64,000 nt of DNA, taken from positions 10,179 to 74,178 of the forward strand of contig JAZQXF010000038.1 of NCBI GenBank assembly GCA_045632725.1, read 5' to 3'. The first letter of the stretch is position 1. Every line of letters begins with the position of its first letter. A program made the translations under genes and the position numbers. Below the pieces are notes generated by a model that was given only the letters and a program-made list of their open reading frames with translations, did not search any database and was not told the origin of the DNA. Shown here piece after piece: positions 17,118-26,342 of this stretch. Source of the stretch: Candidatus Nanosyncoccus sp. Its GTDB lineage: Bacteria; Patescibacteriota; Saccharimonadia; Saccharimonadales; Saccharimonadaceae.

Positions 17118-19034
17118 TCAACGCTTCAACATTACAGTAAATGCTTCACTCGGGATATCTATCTTACCAAATCTCTTCATTCTCGCCTTACCACGCTTCT
17201 GTTTTTCTAGTAATTTTGCCTTTCTGTCTCTATCCCCAGTGTGAATTTTCACAGTCACATCTTTTCTATATGCTCCAATAGTCTCTCGCGCAATAATCCT
17301 TGCGCCTATCGCCGCCTGCAAAGCCACTTCCCAGTTCTGTCGCGGTATCACCTCCTTCAATTTCTTAGTAGTTTCCCGCCCTATCGCTTCCGCCTCGCTT
17401 CTATGACACATCACCGATAGTGCATCAATTTTATGTCCACCCACCAAAAAATCTACCCTCACCAAGTCCTCTGCCTTATATTTACCTAGCTCATAGTTAA
17501 ATGAAGCATATCCCGAAGTTGCCGATTTTAGCTGATCGTAAAAATCAGTTAGCAGATTTGCCATCGGCGCCTCAAAATCTATCACTGCCCTATCTTCGAT
17601 ATAGCTTAAATTTGTCTGATGCCCACGTTTCTCATTTATTAAATTTAGTACATTGCCAATCATATCCTTTGGCAAAATAATTTCCCCCTTCACCCATGGC
17701 TCCCTAATTTCCCTCACCTCCGAAGCATCTGGCAAATCTGCCGCCGATTTGATTTCCAAAATTTCACCATTATTCATCACCACTTCATAATTTGTCGATG
17801 GATTAGTTACGATGAGATCTAGCCCAAACTCTCGCTCCAGCCTCTCTCGAATAATATCCATATGAAGAAGCCCTAAAAATCCAATTCTTAGGCCAAATCC
17901 TAGCACCGGCGAATTCTCTGGCTCGAACCTAAGCGCCGAATCCGAAAGCGCCAATTTCTCAATTGCCTCTCGCAGATCTTTATATTGATCGTTTGACACC
18001 GGGAAAAATCCAGCATACACAAATGGCAACACATTCTTATACCCCGGCAAAGCTTCGCTAGCCGGATTCTTTACTAAAGTAACAGTGTCACCCACCTTTG
18101 CCTCACGCGTAGTTTTCAAATTTGTTACAATGTAGCCAATTTCACCTGCCTTCAAATTTTCCCTCGGCGACATTTTGGGTGTCAACACTCCAACTTCTAG
18201 CGCTAAACCCTTAGTCCCTGCTGCCATCATCAAAATTTCAGAATTTTTCGCGATCTCCCCCTCAAAAACGCGTATATATAGCACTACCCCACGATAATCA
18301 TCGAAATACGAGTCGAATATCAATGCACGGGTGGCCGAAACCTGCTTTTCCAGAATCATTGAATGATTTGAATTTTCAACACCTATATTCCTGCCGGGCC
18401 GGACAGGTTCGCCCCGTAGGGGCGGTTCTACCCGCGACCCAGTGTATGAGGTGCTTGAAAATTCAAGTCCTGATTCTGGAAAAGCAGGTTCGGACAGGAC
18501 CCGTGCATTATTATTTGCTATGATGGCATCCAATATTTTATCAACACCATATCCAGTTTTTCCAGATGCCTCAATAATATCTTCTCGTTTGCATCCAAGC
18601 AAATTAATTATCTCAGCTGCGGTTTTATCTACATCTGCCGCCGGCAAATCAATCTTGTTTATTACTGGAATGATTTCCAAATCTTGCTCTATAGCCAAAT
18701 ATACATTTGCCAGTGTCTGTGCCTGTATCCCCTGTGTTGCATCCACCACCAGCACCGCCATCTCAACCGCCTGCAAACTCCGGCTCACTTCATACGAAAA
18801 GTCCACATGCCCCGGAGTGTCAATCAGGTTCAAAGTATAGCCTTTCCAGTGCATTGTCACCGGCGCAAGTTTAATGGTAATCCCTTTTTCTCGTTCTAGC
18901 TCCATGCTGTCCAGAAGCTGCGACTTCATCTCCCGCTTTTCTACCGTACCAGTTAGCTCCATCATCCTATCCGCAATCGTGGATTTTCCATGATCAATAT
19001 GCGCAATGATGCAAAAATTCCGTATCTTATCCAT
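17118..19034 (-). CDS. lepA: translation elongation factor 4 (LepA), carrying an in-frame ~60-aa palindromic-element insertion
   Basis: IRNFCIIAHIDHGKST, DTPGHVDF, NKIDLP, and a C-terminal LepA-specific domain. 638 aa versus ~600 usual. Confidence 0.9.
   Translation of the reverse strand: MDKIRNFCIIAHIDHGKSTIADRMMELTGTVEKREMKSQLLDSMELEREKGITIKLAPVTMHWKGYTLNLIDTPGHVDFSYEVSRSLQAVEMAVLVVDATQGIQAQTLANVYLAIEQDLEIIPVINKIDLPAADVDKTAAEIINLLGCKREDIIEASGKTGYGVDKILDAIIANNNARVLSEPAFPESGLEFSSTSYTGSRVEPPLRGEPVRPGRNIGVENSNHSMILEKQVSATRALIFDSYFDDYRGVVLYIRVFEGEIAKNSEILMMAAGTKGLALEVGVLTPKMSPRENLKAGEIGYIVTNLKTTREAKVGDTVTLVKNPASEALPGYKNVLPFVYAGFFPVSNDQYKDLREAIEKLALSDSALRFEPENSPVLGFGLRIGFLGLLHMDIIRERLEREFGLDLIVTNPSTNYEVVMNNGEILEIKSAADLPDASEVREIREPWVKGEIILPKDMIGNVLNLINEKRGHQTNLSYIEDRAVIDFEAPMANLLTDFYDQLKSATSGYASFNYELGKYKAEDLVRVDFLVGGHKIDALSVMCHRSEAEAIGRETTKKLKEVIPRQNWEVALQAAIGARIIARETIGAYRKDVTVKIHTGDRDRKAKLLEKQKRGKARMKRFGKIDIPSEAFTVMLKR
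18325..18506 (+). mobile_element. GC-rich palindromic element (long form) inside lepA, antisense to the gene
   Basis: GCACGGG-TGG-CCGAAACCTGCTTTTCCAGAATCA...GCCCCGTAGGGGC...TGATTCTGGAAAAGCAGGTTCGG-ACAGGA-CCCGTGC. Nested stems, and the frame stays open on the minus strand. Confidence 0.8.
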
Positions 19035-19093
19035 ATAAATATATTATACAATAAAGTGTTCTTTTCCTCAAACTTACCAGCAAAATCGCGCGC

Positions 19094-21265
19094 CTACAAG
19101 CCCTTCATTGTCAAGGACAATCGCCCCTTATCATCTATCGCCACCAACCTCACGCGTACTTTATCCCCTAGGTGCAATACTTCTTCTACTTTCTTTAATC
19201 TCTTATCGGAAATCTGTGAAATATGTAGCATACCATCAATACCTGGCAAAATTGTCACAAATGCCCCGAAATCTTTGATCGAGGCTACTACGCCATCATA
19301 AATTTTTCCCACCTCTGGCTCTTCGGTTAACCCCCTAATCCAATCTACCGCCTTCTTAATTTTTTCAGGATCATCCCCCGCTACAGTTACCAGACCATCC
19401 TCTTCGATATTTACTTCCGCACCAGTCTCAGCCGTAATCTTATTAATCATTTCACCGCCCTTACCAATCACCGCACCAATTTTATCCGGCTTAATCATCA
19501 ATTTCTCAATCCGTGGTGCATATTTGCTAATCTCTGCCCGCGGTTTATCAATCACACTCATAATATGGTCTAGGATAAACATCCTACCAGCATGACTCTG
19601 CTTGATCGCTTTTTCCAAAATCTCTACCGGCAAACCATGTACTTTCATATCCATCTGAAGCGCTGTCACACCCTCGGTTGTACCAGTCACCTTGAAGTCC
19701 ATATCTCCAGCAAAATCTTCCGCATCCATCAAATCAGTCAAAACATAGGCCTTGTCAATATCATCGGCTGTAATCTCAGAGCCCTTTGGTACATCCACCA
19801 TTAGCCCCATCGCCACACCAGATACTGGCCGTTTAATTGGCACACCTGCATCCATTAAAGCCATACAAGAAGAACATGTTGCCGCCATTGAAGTAGAACC
19901 ATTCTGCGACATAATCTCAGTTACCGAACGAATCGCATATGGAAACTCCTCTTCAGAAGGAAGCACCGGCATTAAAGCTCGCTCCGCCAAATACCCATGC
20001 CCAATTTCACGCCTGCCTGGTGAGCCAATCCTTCCCGGCTCCCCCACCGTGTAGGAAGGAGCATTGTAGTGATGCATGTACCTGCGCTTACCATTAGTCA
20101 CCTCCATCGTATCTACATCTTGGCAATAAGACAAAGGCGCCAATGTCACAATATTCATCGCCTGAGTTACACCACGCGTAAATAATGATGAACCATGTAC
20201 TCTTGGCAAAATCGAAACCTGGCTAGACAAAGGCCTCACTTCATCCAATTTTCGCCCATCCGGCCTTACGCCTTCCTCTACAATCCCGCGCCTCACTTCC
20301 TTATGCACCGCTAACTCAAATGCTTGATCATATACATCACGCAAATTTTCATCATACCATTCTACTTTTTCATTATCCGTATCCCCCTCACCGTGCTTCA
20401 AAGCCATCTCATCATGCATTGCATACTTAATGTCATCAAGCATCTGCGCTCGTTCCATCACATTGCCACGAATCTTTGAGCCAAATTTACCCTTAGCCCA
20501 CTCTGCCACTTCTTCCATCACTGCTTCATCTGGCAATACTAGCTCATACTCTTGTTCTTTTGCCGCCACCTGTTTGGCCAGTTCACGCTGTAAGTCCAAT
20601 ACTGGCTGCACTTTATCTACTGCCCAATGCATCGCCTCAATGATTGTGTCCTCTGGTACTTCTTTTGCACCAGCTTCCACCATCATCACTTTGCCATCTT
20701 TGCATGCTACCACTAAATCCAACGGAGAAATTTCCCTCTCCTCCAAAGGCAAGAATCCCTTAAACTCTCCCCCGATTCTTCCTACTCTGATACCAGCTAC
20801 CGGCCCATCAAATGGCACACCAGCATTCATTAATGCCGATGAAGCCGCAATCATCGCCACGCAATCTGGCCGAAAATCCGGATCCATAGACAACACGGTA
20901 CATACCACCTGTACCTCTTGTCGATACCCCTTCGGGAATAGTGGCCGAATTGGCCTATCAATTAGTCGCCCCACTAGCACTGCCTCATCCGCCGGCTTGC
21001 CTTCACGCTTAATAAACTTAGAACCAGAAATCTTCCCCGCAGCATAAAACTTTTCTTCATAGTCAATCGATAGCGGGAAAAAATCCTGCACCACTGGTTT
21101 CGTACCTACCACTACGCTACCTAGCACCACAGTGTCGCCATACCGCACTAACACCGAAGAAGTAGTCCGAAATCCTACCCTATTCACCTCCAATGACAGC
21201 TCACGCCCCAGCCATTCTGTCGAAACCCGCACCGTTTTCTTACCATTTGGATTAATAATATCCAT
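19094..21265 (-). CDS. pnp: polyribonucleotide nucleotidyltransferase (PNPase)
   Basis: Two RNase PH domains, KH (IGAVIGKGGEMINKI) and S1 (GKIYDGVVASIKDFGAFV). Confidence 0.95.
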   Translation of the reverse strand: MDIINPNGKKTVRVSTEWLGRELSLEVNRVGFRTTSSVLVRYGDTVVLGSVVVGTKPVVQDFFPLSIDYEEKFYAAGKISGSKFIKREGKPADEAVLVGRLIDRPIRPLFPKGYRQEVQVVCTVLSMDPDFRPDCVAMIAASSALMNAGVPFDGPVAGIRVGRIGGEFKGFLPLEEREISPLDLVVACKDGKVMMVEAGAKEVPEDTIIEAMHWAVDKVQPVLDLQRELAKQVAAKEQEYELVLPDEAVMEEVAEWAKGKFGSKIRGNVMERAQMLDDIKYAMHDEMALKHGEGDTDNEKVEWYDENLRDVYDQAFELAVHKEVRRGIVEEGVRPDGRKLDEVRPLSSQVSILPRVHGSSLFTRGVTQAMNIVTLAPLSYCQDVDTMEVTNGKRRYMHHYNAPSYTVGEPGRIGSPGRREIGHGYLAERALMPVLPSEEEFPYAIRSVTEIMSQNGSTSMAATCSSCMALMDAGVPIKRPVSGVAMGLMVDVPKGSEITADDIDKAYVLTDLMDAEDFAGDMDFKVTGTTEGVTALQMDMKVHGLPVEILEKAIKQSHAGRMFILDHIMSVIDKPRAEISKYAPRIEKLMIKPDKIGAVIGKGGEMINKITAETGAEVNIEEDGLVTVAGDDPEKIKKAVDWIRGLTEEPEVGKIYDGVVASIKDFGAFVTILPGIDGMLHISQISDKRLKKVEEVLHLGDKVRVRLVAIDDKGRLSLTMKGL

Positions 21266-21389
21266 GAAAAATACCTTTCTCGGGAAAACTTCAGGTATTT
21301 AAGTTAAGAGAAATTTTAAAATATCGCTTTTAGCTTAAATATCTGCCGTCTTCCCAATTCTTAATTTACTACTTTCAGTATATCAAATA

Positions 21390-21418
21390 TTGACAAAAAA
21401 CACAATCTGTGATATAAT
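21390..21418 (+). promoter_or_regulatory. consensus sigma70-type promoter of the orphan gene
   Basis: TTGACA-N17-TATAAT with a TG extension (TGATATAAT). Confidence 0.75.
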
Positions 21419-21483
21419 TAGAAGGTAAGTCTGTTTGCAGGTCTTTCCTGTAACAAACCTTGTACTTTTGAAGAAAGGAGGAA

Positions 21484-21933
21484 ATGACATTGGATTTCCC
21501 AACAATTGAGTTCAAAGAAGAGCTAGGCGAGGGAGTCGGAACGTTAGTTATATCTGGAATAAAGCTTACCAGGACTTTCCTGGATAAAATCTGGGCAAAA
21601 TTTAAAAAATATTTTCTGCTCAGAAGTTACCATCTGGATGTGACATGCACATTCAAAATGAGCGAAGGCTCAATCGAATGTCATATGTTCGCCAACTATG
21701 CATACGCAGAGAAGGCAAGCATAGACCCCAGGTGCCTAGGAGAACGATTCAGGCAAACGTTCTCCTTATGGGTCGCTGAATTCCGACAGCTTCTAGAGGC
21801 AATAGCCGACGATAATGAGTTCGTACAAAAAGACAACGAGTTCGTGGAAGATTATTCCGACAGACTCGTTAGAATTGCGTATCGGTACATGCCATATGTG
21901 CCGAAACGCATCAGAATGGCAGCGACAGCCTAA
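21484..21933 (+). CDS. orphan hypothetical protein inserted between rpsO and pnp
   Basis: 149 aa. Consensus promoter 21390-21418, strong SD gaaaggaggaaATG, intrinsic terminator 21950-21982. Visibly GC-richer than the flanks. No motif recognised. Confidence 0.6.
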   Translation: MTLDFPTIEFKEELGEGVGTLVISGIKLTRTFLDKIWAKFKKYFLLRSYHLDVTCTFKMSEGSIECHMFANYAYAEKASIDPRCLGERFRQTFSLWVAEFRQLLEAIADDNEFVQKDNEFVEDYSDRLVRIAYRYMPYVPKRIRMAATA

Positions 21934-21949
21934 TCTTCCTCCCCCCTCA

Positions 21950-21982
21950 AGCCCACCGGGTAACACCGATGGGCTATTTTTT
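21950..21982 (+). terminator. intrinsic terminator of the orphan gene
   Basis: AGCCCA...TGGGCT followed by ATTTTTTG. Confidence 0.75.
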
Positions 21983-22055
21983 GTTATTGTTTCAAATCAG
22001 CATTAAAAAAGACACACCTTCAGCATGTCTTTTTATCAGTATAATCCTGCTGGAT

Positions 22056-22322
22056 TTATTTCCTAAGGCCTAATTTGCTAATGGTCTTCTTATATAGCTC
22101 AAAATCAGTCTCTTCTAGATACTTTAGAAGCCTTTTGCGCTTCCCTACCATCTGAATTAAACCTCTTTTGGCCATAAAGTCATGTTTGTTATTCTTTACA
22201 TGCTCGGTCACTTCTTTGATCCGCTCAGTTAGAATAGAAACTTGAACTTCAGGAGAACCAACATCTGCCTTATTACGGGCAACTTTGGCAATAGCCTTGT
22301 CTTTATTCTCTTTTGTTATCAT
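22056..22322 (-). CDS. rpsO: 30S ribosomal protein S15
   Basis: GSPEVQVSILTERIKEVTEHVKNNKHDFMAKRGLIQMVGKRKRLLKYL. Leaderless-type TGTGATATAAT-N6-ATG. Confidence 0.9.
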   Translation of the reverse strand: MITKENKDKAIAKVARNKADVGSPEVQVSILTERIKEVTEHVKNNKHDFMAKRGLIQMVGKRKRLLKYLEETDFELYKKTISKLGLRK

Positions 22323-22434
22323 TCTTTCATTATATCACAAATCCCCCATCTTGAAAACCCCTACAAATTGGTATATATTCTATACAGGGATTGACGAATT
22401 TTAACTATTAGGTGTTGGATGAAGGGAGGAAGTT

Positions 22435-22518
22435 ATGGAAGAGCTTGACCTTGAATATGTTATCGTAAAATTCAAGAAAAAGAAAACTCCTCGGAACAAA
22501 ACCGAAGAGAATTCATAA
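22435..22518 (+). CDS. candidate 27-aa small protein
   Basis: Hand-found: gaagggaggaagttATG then MEELDLEYVIVKFKKKKTPRNKTEENS*. Strong SD but very short. Confidence 0.3.
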   Translation: MEELDLEYVIVKFKKKKTPRNKTEENS

Positions 22519-22612
22519 ATCCTAAATTGATTCTAGCATACAATTTTTAAAAATCAATTATTTTTATTTTAAATAAATTTAGTTGTATCGTCAATCCCTC
22601 CCGAATTTAATT

Positions 22613-23431
22613 ATGGAAGATCAAATTATTTTAATCGATAAACCCGCCGGCATTTCTAGCTTTGGCGTGGTAGCCAAAGTTCGCGGGCAACTAAAAGCCG
22701 AGTTCGGTCACAAAGTCAAAGTCGGCCACACCGGCACGCTCGACCCTTTCGCTACCGGCCTTCTCATTTTGCTCTCTGGCAAAATGACCAAAAAGTCAGG
22801 TGAATTTTTAAAACTTGATAAAGTTTACGAAGCTACTTTGAAGCTCGGCTACACTTCCACCACTGGCGACCCCGAAGGAGAAATCACAGAATACCCTTTC
22901 TCAGAGCATAGCGAAGCTTTTCCGCAGGAAAAGCTGAGTAATTCACCGGATTTTTACAACATTTCACCTCTGGAAAAATCAGAGAAACAGCCTCAACAAT
23001 ATCCAAACGAAGGGGGTCCGGAGCTTGGCAAAGCGAGGAGTAGCGCCGCCCGCCCATGGCGATGGGCCGGGCGGACGCGCCCCGAGTTGGATACTGTTGA
23101 GGCTGCCCTTAACTCATTCGTAGGCAGAATTATTCAGACTCCGCCCAAATTCTCCGCCATCAAAATCAATGGCCAACGTGCCTACAAATTAGCCAGAAAA
23201 GGCACCGACTTTGAAATCCCCAGCCGCGAAGTCGAAATCTACAATATTGAAATCCTAGCATATGATTACCCAGAGCTCAAAATCCGCGTTCATTGCAGCA
23301 GCGGCACTTATATCCGCACTCTTGCCGAAGATATTGGCAAAAAGCTCGGCACTGGCGCCTACCTCACCGCACTTCGCCGCACCAAGATTAGCAACTACAA
23401 TATTCAAGATGCCAAAAAACTTATGTTATAA
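22613..23431 (+). CDS. truB: tRNA pseudouridine-55 synthase TruB, carrying ~55-60 aa of in-frame palindromic-element sequence
   Basis: IILIDKPAGISSFGVV, GHTGTLDPFATGLLILL (catalytic Asp), IIQTPPKFSAIKINGQRAY. Confidence 0.85.
   Translation: MEDQIILIDKPAGISSFGVVAKVRGQLKAEFGHKVKVGHTGTLDPFATGLLILLSGKMTKKSGEFLKLDKVYEATLKLGYTSTTGDPEGEITEYPFSEHSEAFPQEKLSNSPDFYNISPLEKSEKQPQQYPNEGGPELGKARSSAARPWRWAGRTRPELDTVEAALNSFVGRIIQTPPKFSAIKINGQRAYKLARKGTDFEIPSREVEIYNIEILAYDYPELKIRVHCSSGTYIRTLAEDIGKKLGTGAYLTALRRTKISNYNIQDAKKLML
22890..23105 (+). mobile_element. composite palindromic-element insertion inside truB
   Basis: 22989-23105 aligns over ~105 nt with the interior of the 14516-14652 copy (shared core CCGCCCATGGCGATGGGCCGG) but has different, still complementary, outer arms CAGCCTCAACAATATCCAAAC / GTTGGATACTGTTGAGGCTG. 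22890-22985 adds further hairpins (AGCTTTTCC-GCA-GGAAAAGCT; GATTTTT...GAAAAATC). Confidence 0.7.
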
Positions 23432-23438
23432 TTAAAGT

Positions 23439-24050
23439 ATGTTGATCACATCCACTAGGCTTATCGGCACACTAGTTCTTAGCATGCAAACTGGTGGGCC
23501 TATTGGTCGTGTTGTCGAACCTATCATCGATCCCGATAATCTCAAAATTATCGCTTTCCACCTAGCCGGCAGTCTTATCCCTCGTGATGGCGCAAATATT
23601 CTTGATACCTCCAGCATTCGAGACCACTTTAAAAATTGCTTCGTTGTAGATGATATTGATGAACTAGTTGCCCCTAGTGATGTTGTCAAAATCGCCAAAA
23701 TTTTAGAGCTTAATTTTGATTTAATTGGCCTCAAAGTAGAAACCAAAAAAGGTTCCAAACTTGGCAAAATCATAGATTACACCATCAATCTAGATGACCT
23801 CACGATCCAGCAAATCATTGTCAAGCGCCCCACTCTTAAAAGCCTTATCGACCCCGAGCTCACCATCCATCGCAAAGAAATTGTCGAGATTACCGACTAC
23901 AAAGTAATCATCAAAGATGAAGAAAAAGTCATCAAGGCTAAAGCCGAGAAAGAAAATTTCGTACCAAATTTTGTCAATCCTTTTCGTGATTCACGACCAG
24001 ACTTTGCACCAGCTGATACGGAAACCCCTGCCGACAAAGATAAGCAATAA
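23439..24050 (+). CDS. PRC-barrel domain protein (tandem)
   Basis: 203 aa. LIGTLVLSMQTGGPIGRVVEPIIDPDNLKIIAF and LIGLKVETKKGSKLGKIIDYTINLDDLTIQQIIV resemble PRC-barrel repeats. Start 6 nt after TATGTTATAAT. Confidence 0.5.
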   Translation: MLITSTRLIGTLVLSMQTGGPIGRVVEPIIDPDNLKIIAFHLAGSLIPRDGANILDTSSIRDHFKNCFVVDDIDELVAPSDVVKIAKILELNFDLIGLKVETKKGSKLGKIIDYTINLDDLTIQQIIVKRPTLKSLIDPELTIHRKEIVEITDYKVIIKDEEKVIKAKAEKENFVPNFVNPFRDSRPDFAPADTETPADKDKQ

Positions 24051-24660
24051 GTTTATCATCATCATATTTTGCCCGTTTCTTGGCAATCATTTTCAAGATT
24101 TCCTCTTCATCATTCCGCCCATTTAATACTTGTTCAATAATCTCTGCCGTAATCCCTTTTTTCATTAACTCTATTTTCAGTCTCTTCTGCGAAATTCCCT
24201 TTTTCGTAAACCGATTCTCCACGTAATACTGCGCAAATCTCACATCATTTATATAATTCTTTTTTTTCAATCTTTCCAATATAACATCAATGTAACTCTT
24301 ATCTATTTTTTTCTCATATATTTTTTTACATAAATGATCCCGCACTTCTTTTTCACTTCGTGGCCGCATTAGTACCCATTCTAAAGTTCTCTGATATAAT
24401 TTTCCAAATTCTGACTGCCTTTTATACTCTTCTAACTCTTCCGCCGTTATTTCTCTGCCTATTCTTATCTTCAAATCCACTACTTGCGTAATATCCAAAG
24501 AAAAAGCATATTTATTATTTACAAATACATTTACCCGATCCTGATTTTTTACTCCCTGCCGAATATCCGTAATCTTCAAAGAAATAGCATTATCATCAAA
24601 ATCATTATCAGTCAATTCAAACTCATCATTGACTTCATCCAAACTATTTATTATTTCCAT
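23974..24660 (-). CDS. recX: recombination regulator RecX
   Basis: Three-helix repeats RSEKEVRDHLCKK / YINDVRFAQYYVENR / GISQKRLKIELMKKGI, located downstream of recA-nudix. The 3' end overlaps the convergent 23439-24050 ORF by 77 nt. Confidence 0.75.
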   Translation of the reverse strand: MEIINSLDEVNDEFELTDNDFDDNAISLKITDIRQGVKNQDRVNVFVNNKYAFSLDITQVVDLKIRIGREITAEELEEYKRQSEFGKLYQRTLEWVLMRPRSEKEVRDHLCKKIYEKKIDKSYIDVILERLKKKNYINDVRFAQYYVENRFTKKGISQKRLKIELMKKGITAEIIEQVLNGRNDEEEILKMIAKKRAKYDDDKLIAYLCRQGFPYQLVQSLVVNHEKD

Positions 24661-24663
24661 ATA

Positions 24664-25218
24664 TCAAATAATCCCGTGCATCTCTAACCACTCATCCACA
24701 AAATCAAAAGTCATTTCATCGCTAGCTAGTGGCGGCTTCGCATAATTATGGATAAATTCTCGCATCTCACTATACGGCACCCATTTCACTTCAGACACTT
24801 CATTATCATCAAAATGAAACTCATCCGGCCTACCAGTATAATCTACAAAATACAGCCATGCGAACCTATTCTTATTAAGTGGTCGCATAAATCCATATCT
24901 TAGATCATTCGTACCAAGCTCCACACCAATCTCTTCCCGCGCTTCACGAATCGCCGCTTCTACAGCAGACTCACCAAGGTTAATATGCCCACCCGCAGAT
25001 AAATCATAATACTCGGGATATCGATCAATATCCTTAGCTCTCTTCTGCCATAAGAACTCCAGCTCGCCATTCTCATTTCGCCGGTACAAGAACGTAATCG
25101 CCGCCCCCACAATTTCATCCACATCCGCACCCGGATTACCTAATGCCGATGCCCACGAAGCTCCAGCTATCGGCTCTCCATTTGGTGCAAATACCTGCCA
25201 CTGCTCATCATGATGCAT
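24664..25218 (-). CDS. NUDIX hydrolase
   Basis: Nudix box GGHINLGESAVEAAIREAREEIGV. Confidence 0.8.
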   Translation of the reverse strand: MHHDEQWQVFAPNGEPIAGASWASALGNPGADVDEIVGAAITFLYRRNENGELEFLWQKRAKDIDRYPEYYDLSAGGHINLGESAVEAAIREAREEIGVELGTNDLRYGFMRPLNKNRFAWLYFVDYTGRPDEFHFDDNEVSEVKWVPYSEMREFIHNYAKPPLASDEMTFDFVDEWLEMHGII

Positions 25219-25221
25219 ATG

Positions 25222-26250
25222 TTAATCGTTCCTGGCGGCTTCCCGCACTTTCGCTTCAATTTCAGCCATCAACTCGGGCTTTTCTTTAAATAGTTTCTTT
25301 ACCGCTTCGCGCCCTTGTCCCAAAGTCTCGCCATTATATTTGATAAATGCCCCCGCCTTTTCCAACACTCCATATTGCACACCCAAGTCTAATATATCGC
25401 CAGTTTTCGATACGCCCTCGTTATACATAATGTCAAACTCTGCCGTACGAAATGGTGCCGCTATTTTATTCTTCACTACTTTTATCTTGGTGCGGTTACC
25501 GGCGATATTGTCGCCATCTTTAATCTGCCCAATTCGCCGAATATCCACCCGCACTGAAGCATAGAACTTCAACGCATTACCACCAGTAGTGGTCTCTGGA
25601 TTACCAAACATTACACCAATCTTCATCCGAATCTGATTGATGAATATTACCGTAGCCCGCGACTTAGAAATGATACCGGTCAACTTTCGCATTGCTTGAC
25701 TCATCAGTCTAGCCTGCAAGCCCATCTGCGCATCACCCATGTCCCCATCTATTTCTGCCTGTGGTACCAATGCCGCCACCGAATCCACTACAATCAAATC
25801 TACCGCATTAGATCTAACCAATGTCTCACAAATTTCCAACGCTTGTTCACCATTATCTGGCTGCGAAATCAATAAATCCGCTATATTCACTCCGATCTTC
25901 TTCGCATAAGCTGGATCAAGCGCATGCTCCGCATCAATAAACGCTGCCTGTCCACCCTGCTTTTGCATTTCAGCAATTGCATGTAAGGCTAAAGTAGTCT
26001 TGCCAGATGACTCCGGCCCATAAATCTCTATAATTCTACCCTTTGGCCAGCCACCACCTAATGCCAAGTCAAGTGATAGGGAGCCAGATGGCAATAATTC
26101 CACATCCATCTTCGGAGTCTCACCCAGCTTCATGATTGAGCCATCACCAAATTGCTTCGTAATCTGCGCAATCGCTAGCTTCAATGCCTCGCTCTTGCCA
26201 TCTTCATGATTATCTTTTTTGTTTTCTGTCACCGCATCTTTTTTCGCCAT
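25222..26250 (-). CDS. recA: recombinase RecA
   Basis: [38 protein letters not shown]. Confidence 0.95.
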   Translation of the reverse strand: MAKKDAVTENKKDNHEDGKSEALKLAIAQITKQFGDGSIMKLGETPKMDVELLPSGSLSLDLALGGGWPKGRIIEIYGPESSGKTTLALHAIAEMQKQGGQAAFIDAEHALDPAYAKKIGVNIADLLISQPDNGEQALEICETLVRSNAVDLIVVDSVAALVPQAEIDGDMGDAQMGLQARLMSQAMRKLTGIISKSRATVIFINQIRMKIGVMFGNPETTTGGNALKFYASVRVDIRRIGQIKDGDNIAGNRTKIKVVKNKIAAPFRTAEFDIMYNEGVSKTGDILDLGVQYGVLEKAGAFIKYNGETLGQGREAVKKLFKEKPELMAEIEAKVREAARND

Positions 26251-26307
26251 AGTATAGTATTACCTTTCTTTCCGTATTATATAATATATCCCCCATAGGA
26301 AACAGAG

Positions 26308-26336
26308 TTGACTTTTACGATCTCGTATGGTAGAAT
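26308..26336 (+). promoter_or_regulatory. consensus-like promoter in the recA-murB spacer
   Basis: TTGACT-N17-TAGAAT with a TG extension (TGGTAGAAT). Confidence 0.6.
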
Positions 26337-26342
26337 CAATTC

